NCBI GenBank assembly: GCA_014905635.1 | Contig: CM026547.1 | Span: 3,286,001 to 3,350,000 of the forward strand | Source: Scenedesmus sp. PABB004 | Lineage: Eukaryota | DNA length: 64,000 nt | Direction of reading: 5' to 3' | Shown: positions 51,904-64,000 of the stretch, in pieces | How positions within the stretch are numbered: position 1 is the first letter of the stretch | Layout: the number at the start of each line of letters is the position of its first letter | Position numbers and translations under genes: made by a program | Notes under the pieces: generated by a model | The model's input: only the letters and a program-made list of their open reading frames with translations | Databases searched by the model: none | Told to the model about the DNA's origin: nothing

Positions 51904-52783
51904 ATGCGATCCTACAAGCTAGGTGCGGCGGCGGCCCGCCTGCGCCGTGCGGGGAGCGTGCAGCAGCACCCGGCGCGCGCCGGGCGGCCCCTCGGTCTCG
52001 CCGACCGCCGCGCGCCGCCTGCCGCCCGCCGGGCAGACGAGTTTGTCGCGCACAGCGGCGCGGTGAACTGCCTGCGCATCGGCCGCAACACCGCGGGCGT
52101 GCTGGCCACCGGGGGCGAGGACAAGAAGGTCAACCTCTGGCGCATCGGGCAGCCGCACGTCGCCAAGGTGCGCAGCCCCGCCCGCCCTCAACGCAGGCGG
52201 CGGCGGCCCCGCCCGGCGCCGGCGAGCCGCTGCCGGCGCGCGGCGCTCACCACCGCCCCGCACGCCCGCAGAGCCTGTCGGGCCTGCAGTCGGCGGTGGA
52301 GTGCGTGACGTTTGACGGCAGCGAGAACCAGGTCGCCGCGGGCGCGGCGAATGGCACAGTCAAGATCTGGGACCTGGAGTCGGGCAAGGGTGCGCGCGCA
52401 GCGGAAGGGGGGGGGGGGGGGGCTGCACAGCGCGGCGGCGCGGCGCCGACCGCCGACCGCGCTCTGCCGCCGGCGCGCGCCGCTGCGCAGTCAGCCGCAG
52501 CCTGACGGGGCACCGCTCCAACTGCCTCACGCTCGAGTTCCACCCCTTTGGCCCCTTCCTGGCGACGGGCAGCCTCGACACCAACGTCAAGGTCTGGGAC
52601 CTGCGGCGCAAGGAGACGATCACGACGTTCAAGGGCCACGCTCGCGGCGTCAAGCAGGTGGCCATCAGCCCGGACGGCAAGTGGGTCTGCTCCGGCGCGG
52701 AGGACGGCGAGGTCAAGGTGCGCCCGCGCGCGCGCGCGGGCGAGCGTGGCCCCGGCGCCCCGCACGCTGCGCGCGCCCGCCGA

Positions 52784-52818
<35 letters not shown>

Positions 52819-54403
52819 GCCGCAGCTGTGGGACATGCAGACGGGGCGTGTCGTGCGCGAGGGCTGGGGGCACGACGGCCCGGTGACGGGCATTGAGTTC
52901 CACCCCTTTGAGTTCATCCTCGCCACGAGCAGCGCGGACCGCACGGTCAAGGTGTGGGACCTGGAGACGTGGGAGCAGGTGGAGGCGCTCGGGCCCGAGG
53001 CCACGGGCGTCAAGGCCATCGCGTACCACCGCGACGGCCGGCAGCTGCTCACCGCCACGGCCGACGCGCTCAAGGTGTGGGGCTGCGAGCCCGCAGTGCA
53101 CCACGACACCGTGCCCATGGACTGGCGCGCGCTCGCCGACATGCACCTCTCGTACAAGGACGACCAGCCGCGCGTCGTCGGCTGCTGCCTCACCGGCGCG
53201 TCCGTCGGCGTGTTCCTGGTCGACCTGCGCAAGGTCGCGCCCTTCGGCCCGCCCGGCGGCGCCGCGCACTGCAGCGAGCCCGCGCCCCGCGCGGGCGCCG
53301 GCGGCGCCGCGGCGCCCCGCCCCCACTCGTCGCACGCCGGCGAGGCAGCCAGCGCAGCAGCAGCAGCGGGGCCGCTCATGCGGCAGCTCTCGCGCCAGCG
53401 CACGCCGCCGGGGCTGCCTGCCGGCAGCGCGCCGTCTGCCGGCGCCGAGCGCCCCGGCATCGGCAAGGGCCGCCTGGTCGGCTCGGAGCAGCCGCTCGCG
53501 CCGGGCCAGCTGCAGCCGGGCGACGTTGCGGGCGGGCAGCGCCTGCCGCCGCAGCCGGACGCGCGGCGCAAAGCAGGGGAGGCCCCGTTCCCTGAGTTTG
53601 AGATCCGCGTGCCCGCGGGGCCGCCGCCGGCGCGGCCGCAGGACGAGGCGCAGCTGCCCAGCCGCGCCGGCTCCGCCCGTGCCGGCGCCGGCGGCGGCAG
53701 CCGGCGCCCGAGCGGCTCGTACGACGCCGACGGCGCCGCCGGCGCGCTGCGCGGCCTCGCCGTGGCGTCGGAGGCGCCCGCGCCGCAGCAGCCGCCCGCG
53801 GGCGGCGGCGGCCGGCCGCTTGGCGTCCCCCCGTCGGTGCCGCCCGCGCCGGCGCCCGCACCCGCGCCCGCGCCCGCGGCCGACCCCATCGCGGCGGCCA
53901 TGGCGGCGCAGCCGGGGCTCAAGGCCGACCTGGCTCGCATGTCGAGCGCGCTCGCGGTCGCGCGCGGCTTTGTCGTGCGGGGCAACCTTGAGGGCGCGTA
54001 CCGCGCGGCGCAGGCCCAGGGCGACGCGGGCGTGGCGTGCATGCTCGTGGAGGCGGTGCAGCACCGCGCGGACGCGTTTGAGCTGGGCTCGGTGGAGCCG
54101 CTGCTCAAGCTGCTGGAGCTGCTGCTCGGCAGCGGGCACGAGGCGCACGCGGCGGCGGGGCTCGGCGCGCTGTCGCTCGTGCTGCGCGGGCCGGGGCAGA
54201 CCGTGCGCGAGGTGTGCGGCGGGCCCGCGCCGCTCGGCGTCGACCTGAGCTACGAGGCGCGGCGCAACCGCTGCCTGCTGGTCAAGCTGGCGCTGGAGGG
54301 GCTCACGCTGCCGCTCGCCGTGCTGGCGCGCGGCGGCGGCCCGCTCGCGCCGCGCGCCGCGCTCGTCGCGGAGGAGCTGCGGCGCGTGACGACGGCGGGC
54401 TGA
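51904..54403 (+). CDS. KATNB1: Katanin p80 WD40 subunit B1, spliced
   Basis: [103 protein letters not shown]-terminal con80-like [13 protein letters not shown]. Confidence 0.93.
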
Positions 54404-54673
54404 CGCGCGCGCGCGGCGCCGGACGGCGGGCAGCGCGCCCAGGGCCGGAGCGGCGGCCGCGCGGCGGCGCGCAGGCGCGTTTTGGGAACGTGCGCCTCCG
54501 CGGTTCAGCGCCGCACCCGCCGCGCCGCCCCACCCCTGCCCGCACCAGCGCACCCCCATAGCAACGTTGCCGATGCACGCGAGAGACCGGACGACCGCGC
54601 GTCGACCGCCGCCGCCGCGCCGCTGACGTCGCCCGCGGCAGCGCGGCCGCCCCCGCCGCCGCGCGCTCCCGCC

Positions 54674-57600
54674 ATGCCCCAGCGCGTGAGATGCCGCGTC
54701 ACGCTTCACGGCGGCGCGATCCTGGGGCCGCTGCCGCCGGGTGTGGACGTGCTGAGGCTCGTGTGCGCCCACCCGCACAGCGACAAGCTCTACGCGGCCA
54801 GCGACGTGCTCCCCGCGCCCGGGCGCGCCCAGATGCAGGAGCTGGTCGAGTTTGACTGCTCGCTCCACACGGGCAAGGCGCGTGCGCGCCGCCGCACGCC
54901 GCCGGCGCCGCGCAGCACGCCGCGCTTGCAGCAAGGGCCGCCCCGGCCGCCCCTTGACCGCCCTGGCCGCCCCCGCCGCCCAGGCCGTCACGCTGCGCCT
55001 GCTCGGCGCGCACAGCGCCGCCGGCGGCGGCTTCGCGCCCCTCGCGACGGCGACGCTGCGCCTCGACGCGCTCGCGGCGCGCCTGCTCGCGGCCGCGGGC
55101 CGCGCGCCGCCGCCGCCCGGCGCCGCCGAGCCGCCGCCGCCCGGCGCCGCCGAGCCGCCGGCGCCGCCCGCGCCGGCGCGCGGGGCGCCGCCGCCCTCGC
55201 CGCCGCACTCGCCGTTCTCGGCGCCGCTGCCGGCGCTGCTGCCGGGCGGCGGCGGCGACAACGAGGACGACAGCGGCGCACTCTTCACGTCGGTCTCAGC
55301 CGCGGCGGCCGCCACCGCGCGCACCGGGGAGATCGAGGCGGGCAGCAAGTACGTGGGCTCGCTCGGGGGCCCCGCCTCGCCGCGCGACACCGCGCCGCGC
55401 CGCGATGCCGGCGGCAGCGCGCAGGCGCGCGCGCTGGCCGCCGCGGCGCCGCCGCGCCGCCGCCGGCGGCGGCGGCTGGAGCGCAGAGCGCCGCCGTGCG
55501 CATCGACTGGGTGCCAAGCCCCGACTGTGTGGGAGGCGCCCTGCAGCAGGAGCTGCTCGTCGTCGCGCGGCCGCTGCGCGGCGGCCGGCTGCGCGGCCTG
55601 TTCAGCCGCTCCGAGCCCGCCGCCCTCGCGGCCAAGGCCGGCGGCGGCGGCGGGCGGCTGCTCTGGACACGCTCGCTGCCGCCGGGCGAGCCGCCCGGCG
55701 CCAGCGGTGAGGCACGAGCCTCCGTGCGCCCGAGCGCGGGCGCGGCGGCACGCGCCGCCGCCCACCCCCGCGCCGCTCGCCTGCCCGCCCGCGCAGTGCT
55801 CCACACCTCCGCTGCAGCCGTGGCCGCCAGCGGCGCCGGCGCGCCGTCGCGCAGCATGCCTGGGACGCCCGCCAGCGCCGCCGCCGCGCACCCCATGCTG
55901 GCCGCAGGTGCGTGGTGCCGGGGCGGGGGCGCTGCCTGCAGCACCGGCTGCCGCGCGCTCGCCGACGGCGGCCGCTCGCGCACTGCCCCGCAGGCCGCCT
56001 GCCCTCGCTGAGCGCCTGGGCGGCCGAGGCCGCGCCCGCCCCCGCGGCGCCCCGCGGCGCCGGCGGCGAGGGCGCGGCCGGCGCGCGGCGGTTGCCGCGG
56101 GGCGGCAGCCCGCGCGCCGGCCCCGCGGGGGCCGCACGCCCTTCAACACGCCCGCGCGCGACGCGCTGGGCGAGCGGGACGCGGCCGGGGCGGCGACGGC
56201 GATGCCGCGGAGGACGCGGTCGCGCCGCTGCCGCGCCTGCCGCGCATCCACACCAGCCAGGCCGCCACGCGCGGCGGCGGCCGCGGCGCCGCGGGCGCGG
56301 GCCGCGACGCGCTCGCGCGTGCGCCGGCCGCCGCGCCGGCGCCAGCCGCCGGGCCGGCAGCCGGGGCGGCCGAGTCGGAGGAGGCGGCCGAGGCGCAGGA
56401 GGCGGCCGCCAAGCACGACTTCCTCCGCCTCATCCTGTCCACGCTCGGCGGGGCGCACAGCCTCGAGTCCGAGGCGGCGCTGCCGCCGGCGCCGCCCTCG
56501 GCGGCGCAGCTCGCGGCCGCCGCGTCGCTGCCGCGCGCGCCCGGTGCGGCCGACCTGGAGGCGTTTGCCGCCGCGGCGGGCCTGCCCCTGGACCAGGTCG
56601 CTGAGGCCGCCGCCAGCACCCGGCTCGGCAGCGCGGGCAGCTCGCCGGGGCGCGGCGCGGCGGCAGACGCGGGCCGTGGCCGGCTGCGGGCGGCGGTGGC
56701 GCCGTCCGCGGCGGGCAGCGAAGCCAGCGCTGCGCCGCTGCGGTCTGTGGCGGGCAGCGAAGCCAGCGCTGCGCCGCTGCCGGCTGCGGCGGAGCCGGCA
56801 GCGGAGCCGTCAGTGGAGCCGGCGGCGGCCGAGCCGGCTGCGGCGGAGCTGGCTGCGGCAGAGCCGGCGGCGGCCGAGCCAGCGGCGGCAGAGCCGGCGG
56901 CGGCCGAGCCGGTTGCGACGGAGCTGGCTGCGGCTGAGCTGGCGGCGGCCGAGCCAGCGGCGGCCGAGCCGGCTGCGGCAGTGCCGCCGGTGGCCCAGCC
57001 GGCTGCAGCGGAGGCACGCAACGGGCTGGAGGCCGGCGCGCCTGCCCTGCCAGGCGAGGCAGCAGTGGGTGGCGGGTCCACACCCGGGCCAGCGGAGGGC
57101 TGGGAGCAGCCGCGGCCGGGCGCGACCGCGTCGCCGGCGCCGACGCTGCCGCTGGGCGACGGCGAGGCTGCGGCGCCGGCAGCGAGCGAGCAGCCGGCGG
57201 CGGCCGTGCCGGCGGCGGGGGCGCCCGTGCGGCAGCTCGCACACGACGGCGCTGCGCCTGGCGCGCCCCTCCCCGGCGAGGTGCTGTCTGTGCGCGAGCA
57301 AGGGGTCAGCCGCGAGAGCCCGCTGAGGCCGGCGGCGGCCCAGCACAGGCCGCACACGCAGGTGCCGCTGCCGCCCAGCAGCCCGCCGCCTAGGCCGGGG
57401 CCGGCGGAGCCCCCGCTGGTGGCTGAGCTCACAGATGCGCCAGCTGCGGCGGCGCCGCAGGTTGCCGCGCCGGCCGCCAGCTGCGCGCCCGCGGCGCCCG
57501 CGCGCTCGGGCAGCCTTGCGCGGCCGGACGCGGCGGCGGCAGCACCCGAGGCGAGCCAGGGGCCTGCGGCGGCGCAGCCCATCAGCGCCGGCAGCAGCCG

Positions 57601-59177
57601 GCTGGCAGAGGTGCTCAGCAGGCTGGCCAGCCAGCCGTCGGCGGGCAGCAGCCAGCACGGCAGCGCCGGCAGCCCATGCGCCGTCGGGTCCAGCACCGGC
57701 AGGGACGGCTGGCTTGCATCCACGTCGGCCTTTGCGGCGCACCACACTGCACACGCCGCGGCGGCGGTCGTGGCCGCGGCCCCGGGCGTGCTGGCGACCT
57801 CGGCAGTGACGGGCGTGCGGCTGGCGCGGTCCGCGCTGCTCGGCAGCCAGCAGCTGCCGTCGTCGCCGCGCGAGGGCCGGCGCGTCAGCGGCAGCAAGGC
57901 CGCGGCCAGGCCCGCGCCGAGCGGGCCCGGCGGCGCGGCGTGGGCCGCGGGACAGGCGGCGGGCCTCGCGCTCGGGGCGACGGCCCTGGCGGTGGACGCC
58001 GCGCTGTTCCTCCCGCGCGCGGCCGCGCGGGCGGCGGGCGCGGCGCTGGCGCCGCTGCTGCCCCGCGCTGCCGAGGCTTCACCGGTCAGCGCCGGCGGCG
58101 CCGGCGGCGGCGGCGCTGGCCGCGGCGACGGCGAGGGCGGGCCCCAGGGCAGCGGCAGCGGCAACGTGGCCAACGGGCACGGCCGAGGCAACCGTGGCGC
58201 CGCGACGTGGCTGCCCTGGGCCACGGCGGGCGGCGACCGCCTGGAGCGGAGCACGCCACCCACGCCGGCGCCCAGCCTGGAGGTGGGACCAGCTGCCACA
58301 CGCGCCGCTCGGCCTGGGACTCGGCGCCAGAAGCGATGACGCTGCGCCGCGCGACAGGCTCTGCGCCTGACGCCCCCCCCCCCCCCCCCCCCCCCCCCAC
58401 ACACACACACGCTGCGCCGCACCGCAGACGCCGCGCGGCGGTGGCCTGGCGGGCCGCTCCCTCAGCGCGCTGCTTGCTGCCGCGCCCGGCGCGCCCAGCC
58501 TGCTGCGCAGGGCCGGCAGCCCGGCGGCCGCGCCGGCACCTCAGCCGGGCAGCCCCAGCGGGCAGCAGGAGCGGCAGGCGCAGGGTGAGCGGCACGAGCC
58601 CGCCGTGCCGACAGCGACGGCGCCGAAGCCCAAGTCGCGCCAAAGGCGGCAGCGCCGCCCAGGCGCGCTGCCCGGCATGAGCGCCGGCCGGGCGCGCGCC
58701 GCCGCGCCTGCCTCGGGCGCGCCGCCGGCCACCGCCAGCCTGCTGACGCGCTGGTGGGGCGGCACCGCCGGCGGCGGGGGTGCGGCCAGCAGTGAGCGGC
58801 GCGGCGCTCCCAGCAGTGCCGGCGCCGCCGGCTGGTGGCGCTCCGGGGCGGCAGGCGGGGGCACGGCAGCCACGGCGGCGCCGCAGGGCGGCGTGGGCGC
58901 GGCCTCGGCCGCGCCGGCGCCGCGCACGTGGCAGGCGCTGCCGGGACGCCTGCTGGGCCTCGCGCTGGTGCCCGCGCAGCTGTGGTGGCAGGCCCTCGTG
59001 GCGGGCGTCGGCGCGACCGCCGCGCTGCTGGACCTGGCCTTCTGGTGGGCCGCGCTGCCGGCGAGGCTGCTGTGGTGGGGCGCGGCGCTGCCGTGGCGCG
59101 CGGCCGCGTCGGCGGCGCGCTGGGCGACGCCGGCGACGCGCGCCGCGCCGGCGCCGCGCGGCGGCGACACGCGTTGA
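54674..59177 (+). CDS. Large low-complexity hypothetical protein with a possible N-terminal C2-like domain, AAAEP repeats and a Trp-rich hydrophobic C-terminus, spliced
   Basis: MPQRVRCRVTLHGG...VEFDCSLHTGK|AVTLRLL...PLATATLRLD (beta-sandwich-like). ORF 56696-58282 is joined by a phase-0 intron (58283-58427) to an exon running in frame to the 59177 stop. The middle exon structure is uncertain. Confidence 0.5.
56780..56990 (+). repeat. 15-bp coding tandem repeat encoding (AAAEP)n
   Basis: Repeated GAGCCGGCGGCGGCC-type units; translation AAAEPAAAELAAAEPAAAEP. Confidence 0.8.
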
Positions 59178-59524
59178 CGAGGGGGGTGGAGTGGGGGCGG
59201 GTGCGGCGCGTGACGCCGCGGGAGTTTGACCGACTTCGCAGTTGGGAGGCAACGAGTTGCCAGGCGCCTGCCGCCCGCCAATCTTGCCAATCTCTCTCCA
59301 CACGCCGAGCCGCAACCAGAGTGTTCTTCTTCACACGCGCGCCAGCCGCGGAGGGCCGGCAGCGCGCAGGCCGTGGTGCCGCGCGCGCATCGCTGCGTCG
59401 GCGGCTGCAGGCAAGCAAGGGCCCGGACGAGGCACGTGGGATGCGACGACCGGCCACTGTACAAGTTGATCCCCCTCCGCCCTGTCCGCCCTCTGCCTGG
59501 CCCCGGGCCCGCCGCTCGCGCGCG

Positions 59525-60830
59525 TCACGTCGCCGCCACGAGCGCCAGCGCGAGCTCCTGGTGCGCGAGCAGGGCGTTGGTGCAGCCCATGGCCACGGCC
59601 GAGAGGCAGTGCCACAGGCTGTGCAGCACCGGGGGCCATCCCCAGGAGTTGCAGATGTCCTCGAGCGCGAAGAACCCCATGCCGACCAGCGCGCTCGCCG
59701 AGTGCAGCCGAAAGCTCGGCCGCAGGTGCGCGTGGCGCAGCGCCGCGGAGAGGTAGCGCGCCTCCACGGCCGCGAGGTTGAGCCCCGTCGCCAGCGTCGG
59801 CCGCGCGGGCGCGGCGAGCGCGGCGAGCAGCACGGCCGGCGCCGGCAGCGGCACCGCCGCCGCGCGGCGCAGCGCCCAGGAGCAGGCACAGATGGAGTAG
59901 TAGTCGAGCTTGCGCAGCAGCGGCCTCACGGCGCTGCCCACGGGCGCGGCGTGGTACGCGGTCGCGGAGACGCCGACAAACATGAACGCCGCCGCAAAGG
60001 CGCGCCCGCGCGGGCACCGCCGCGCGCGCAGCCCCGCGGCGCCGATGACGATGAACGGCAACGACGTCAGCACTGCGCCGGCGGCGGCGGCGGCGGGCGC
60101 GGCGCGTCAGGGGGCCGTGCGCGCCGCGGCCGCGGCCGCGGCCTGCCGGCCCAGCGCGCAGCCGCGGCGCGGCGCGCGCACCGTTGATGACGCGCTCGGC
60201 CGTGCTGTTGTCGTTGGAGCCCGGGCCCGACGGCCCCGCGTTGGCGACCAGCGCCGCCGCGAGGCGCACCACGGGGCGCAGCACCGCCCGCAGCGCGCGG
60301 CGCAGGCCGCCCTCCTGTCGCGGCGCCGCCGGCGCGCCGAGCGCCGGCGGCGCGCCGAGCGCCGGTGGCGCGCCGAGCGGGTGCTGCTGCTGCTGCTGCC
60401 GCCGGCGCGACTGCTGCCGCTGCTGGCGGCGGCGCTGCCGCACGAGCAGCGCGCGCCCCTCCGGCCGCTCGCCGACGCCGGACAGGTCGCTCAGGCCGGC
60501 CAGCGACTCGTACGAGGCACCGCACGGCAGCTCGTCGTCGCTCTCGCCGGCACAGCGCCGGCGCCGCGGCGCGGCGTCGCCGCCGCTCCAGCGCCCGCCG
60601 AGCACCCAGTGCAGCACCCCGCGCCGCCGCGCCGCCTGGGGCTGCTGCTGCTGCTGCTGCTGCTGCCAGCTGCGGTCAAAGCTGTCGGCGGTGCAGCACG
60701 AGAGCGGGCTGCCGCCGGCGACGCCGCCGCTGCCAGCCGCGGCGCTGCCGCTGCCGCTGCCGGCGAGCGGCGGCAGCTCCGGCAGCTTCAGCGCCACAGG
60801 CGGGCAGGGCGTGGGCCCGGCTGCTGCCAT
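59525..60830 (-). CDS. CREST-superfamily (ceramidase/PAQR-like) multi-pass membrane hydrolase-like protein (2 exons)
   Basis: NSTAERVIN|VLTSLPFIVIG, GVSATAYH (S..H), LRKLDYYSI, PVLHSLWHCLSA (HxxxH): the CREST metal-binding pattern across several TM helices. Confidence 0.7.
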
Positions 60831-61288
60831 GGCTGAGGCGCGGGCTGCGCGCGGAGAGCCCGCGAGTGGCAGCAGCGCCTGGCGCTGACCTGCGCCCTGG
60901 CGCCCCGCTCGAGCGCGGCGTTGGTGGGGCCGGGGCTGGGCGGTGGAGCGCTCCGGCGGGCGCGGGCGCGCGCGGTGCGAGGTGCGCGCAGGCGCTGTGC
61001 GAGGTGGAGGCTGCCGAGCTGCTCCCACGGCTCAAACACAGGCGCCGCTGGGTGGGGGCGAGCTCGCGTTTAGCAGGAGCTGCAGCTGGAGCTGCCGAGA
61101 AGAAGCGACCTGAGTTGATGCGGGGCATCCAGCCCGGTGGTTGCAGACCTCGCCTCTCAAAAACCGCGGCCCCGTGCCTGCCTCGTGCACGAGTCGCGCC
61201 AAAACACGCGACGCACCGAGCCTCTCTCTCTCGACCGTCGTCGCGGCGCGACCGCCAGGCGGCCGATCGGCGCCGCGCCCGCCGCCCG

Positions 61289-62300
61289 CTACGAGCACGC
61301 CGCCGCGGCGTCGACGGCCGCGGCAGCGGCGGCCGAGTCGCGCTCGAGCGCCGCCGCGAGCTGGTCCACCTCGGCCAGCGCGGCGCCGAGGTCGGCCAGC
61401 TCCGCGCGCAGGCGCTCCGACTTGCTGGCCGCGGCGCGCTCGGCGGCGCGCCGGGCCGCGTCGCGCGCGGCCGCCGCGCGAGCAAACGCCAGCTCCAGCC
61501 CGGCGCGCTCCTCGGCCAGGTGCTGCTGCTCCCTGCTGGCAAGCCGCGCGGCGGGGCCGCCCGCGCCCGACACGCAGCCGTGCGCCGCGTCGCGCGACGC
61601 CGACTGCGGCGCCGTGCGTGGCGGCTGCTTCGCCCCTGCCCCAGCGCCGGCGGGGCGCACGTTCTCGGCGCCGCGCGCCGCCGCCGCCTCGTCGCGGCGT
61701 TGCTGCGCCCGCCACTGCGCCCACAGCCCCTCCAGCTGCGTCGCCTGCTGGCTCGCCCACGCCGCGGCGGCCCCCGCGGGGCGGCCGGCGCCCTGCTGCT
61801 GCTGCGGCGCGTCCGGGCGCGACGCGCGCAGCTCCTGCAGCCGCAAGCCGGCCGAGCCATCCTCGCGCGAGCCGCGGCGCTGCGCCGCCGACTGCTGCCG
61901 CGTGCGGCCGCTGGCGTCGCTGGCCAGGCGGCAGTCGCCGCCGGCCGCCCCGGCTGGGAGGGCGGCCGTGGGCTGCGCGGCGCGCCCCCCGCCCGCGCCT
62001 GGCTCCTCCCCCGGCCCCGGCAGGTCGAAATCCATCACGCGCAGGAAGGTTGGCGCGGCCGGCCCCGCCAGCGGGTTGCGCAGCGTGCCGGGCGCGGAGG
62101 GGGGCTGCCGCTCGGCTCGTCGGGAAACGCCGCTGCGTCGTCGGCGGCGGTGATGCTGCCGCCGGCGGCCTCGAATGCCCCCAGAATGAGCTCCGCCAGC
62201 TCCAGCGCGCTCGACGCCCCGGGCCAGGGCGCGGAGGGTGGGGCCTGGTCCGCATCGTTGACTGGCGCCGGGCAGGCAGGTGGCGCCGCCTGCTGGTTGG

Positions 62301-62356
<56 letters not shown>

Positions 62357-62978
62357 GCTTGCTGCTGCTCCAGGAGGCGCTGCACCTCGGCCAGCACCGC
62401 CGCCGCGCCGCCAGCCGCCGTGCCGTCACCCGTGCCGAGCGTGAGCGCCCCCGCCTGCACAGCTGCGTCGGCACGCGACAGCATGCGCGGCAGCAGGAGC
62501 GGCCGCAGCGCGCTCGGCGCCGCAGCGCCGTCGTGCCCACCGAGGCTGGCGAGCGTGAGCTGCTGCAGCTGGGCGAGCAGGTCCGCCGCCATCGCCGCCG
62601 CCGCACCGTCAACGCGCGGCGCGGCCTCCGCGCCGCCGGCCTGGGCGCGCGCGGGCCTGGTGCGGGCCTTGAGCTGCTGCAGCGCCGCCCACCTGCGGCT
62701 CTTCACGGGGCTGGCCGGGAGGCGGCGCTGCAGGCGCACCGGCGAGTGCTGCCGGTGCTCCTGCCGCGCGCGCGGCGGCCCCGGCGCGCAAGCGTCAGCG
62801 GGCACTGCGCTCGGGCGCTCAGCCGTCAGAGGCGCCTGCTGCTCGGGCGTCGCTGCTGGCTGCACCGCCGGGTCATGCTGGCCCTGATGCAACAGCGAGC
62901 CCAGGAGCTGGGCCGCGCGCCAGCCCGCCGTCAGGAGGCCGCCGTCTGCTGGCGCCGCCGGCGGCGCGGCCCAGGGCG

Positions 62979-63020
<42 letters not shown>

Positions 63021-64000
63021 GCCGCTGCTCCCCGCCGCGCCAGAGCTGCGCGTGCGTGCCCTCCGCCGGCGGCACCGCAGCGCCGCCGTCCTGGCAGAGC
63101 ACGCGCAGCACCTCGGGCTGCTCACGGCCGCCCTGCAGCCGCGCCACAGGCAGCCGCGCCAGCCACGGCCCCTTGCGCTCGCCCGCTGCCTGCAGCCGAG
63201 CGGGCGCTTCGCTGTTCAGCTGCTGCGGCCGCATCAGGCGCAGCTTGTTCGCCCGCTCCGGTCGCTCCGGCCGCAGCAGCTTCACGGCGGCCGCTGCTGG
63301 CGGCCAGGCCTCGCCCGGCAGCTCCCCCTCCAGGTCGCTGCTGCAGGCCTCTGCACTGCCTGCAAGTGCAGCGCCCTCGTCACTGCTGCTCGAGCCGCTG
63401 GCCAAGCTGGCGCCGCCAGGGCCAGGCCCACCGACGACGTGGCAAAGCCGACTGGCGCCTGCCCGCTCCGGGACCTCCGCGCCCGCCCGCCACAGCGCGC
63501 GCCCGGCGGGCTGGCCTGGTGCGCCCGGCACCTCATCCGCCTGCACTGCTGCATCCACACGCAGCACGGCCTCGGGTGCCGGCGCCGCCGCCAGCGCCGC
63601 CTCCAGCGCCGCCGCCGGCGCCAGCGCCGCCGCGGACGTCGGCGGCTCACTCGGCCGGAAGCTGCTGGGGTGCAGCCAGCCGGCCTGAGGCGCCAGCGCG
63701 GCGCTCGCGGCGTTCAGGTCCAGTGGCGGCTGCTGCTCCGGCTGCGGGGGCGCCGCCTGCGGCTGCACGCCGCCACCACCGCCGCCGCGGAGCATGCGCG
63801 CCTTGGCGGCGGCCGCGGCAGGCGACCAGCAGCCGTTGGCGCGCGCGCCCGCGCCGCCGGGCAGCCGCAGGGGGCTCGCGGCCGGACGAGGGCTGGGCGG
63901 TGCCTCGACCGTGCGGGCGGGCGAGCGCTCTGCCAGGAAGCCCTCGAGCGCGGCAGCGATGCGCTGCATGCTGCCGGCGAGTGCCCCCGCCAGCGGAGAC
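61289..64000 (-). CDS. Low-complexity polyQ hypothetical protein with a C-terminal coiled coil; 5' end at or beyond the window edge
   Basis: ORFs 62035-63969 and 61289-62038 appear joined by a frameshift in the G run near 62100. CAG tracts at about 62303-62370 and 62980-63018. Terminal heptads REQQHLAEERAGLELAF...LRAELADLGAALAEVDQLAAALE. Confidence 0.5.

Noticed and set aside
52247..56458. 1403-aa minus-strand ORF
   Set aside because: Antisense to katanin p80 and the next gene, with no motifs.

Overview
This is eukaryotic nuclear DNA from a green alga with extremely high GC (roughly 78-80%, estimated by eye). It is most consistent with a chlorophycean/sphaeroplealean alga, but the species cannot be determined. 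Genes are dense and intron-rich, so most long ORFs in the supplied track are GC shadow frames or exon-plus-intron read-throughs. By stitching exons manually I find 16 protein-coding genes, in order: a YSL/OPT transporter (3'-truncated), an FMN 2-hydroxy-acid oxidase, Sec61 alpha, DDX11/Chl1, a GT2 cellulose-synthase-like/GH9 fusion, a TM-SMP-C2-PH-like protein, DNA polymerase epsilon catalytic subunit, a hypothetical membrane protein, CDT1, a divergent GT69/CAP59-like glycosyltransferase, a NOL11/Utp8-like protein, lysyl-tRNA synthetase, katanin p80, a large low-complexity protein, a CREST-family membrane hydrolase, and a polyQ/coiled-coil protein. The most notable feature is a BcsA-like glucan synthase with intact catalytic motifs, fused through an extra TM helix to a GH9 domain that has lost both catalytic carboxylates. 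Other observations: very frequent GC-AG introns; a rare TTTGAA (CHR-like) box upstream of all three DNA-replication genes; a 38-bp-stem hairpin directly after the oxidase stop codon; intronic telomere-like repeats; candidate bicistronic gene pairs; and many apparent frameshifts that are probably assembly indels. I saw no rRNA, tRNA, CRISPR array or recognisable transposase. Exon boundaries and family calls are manual reads, not database-verified.
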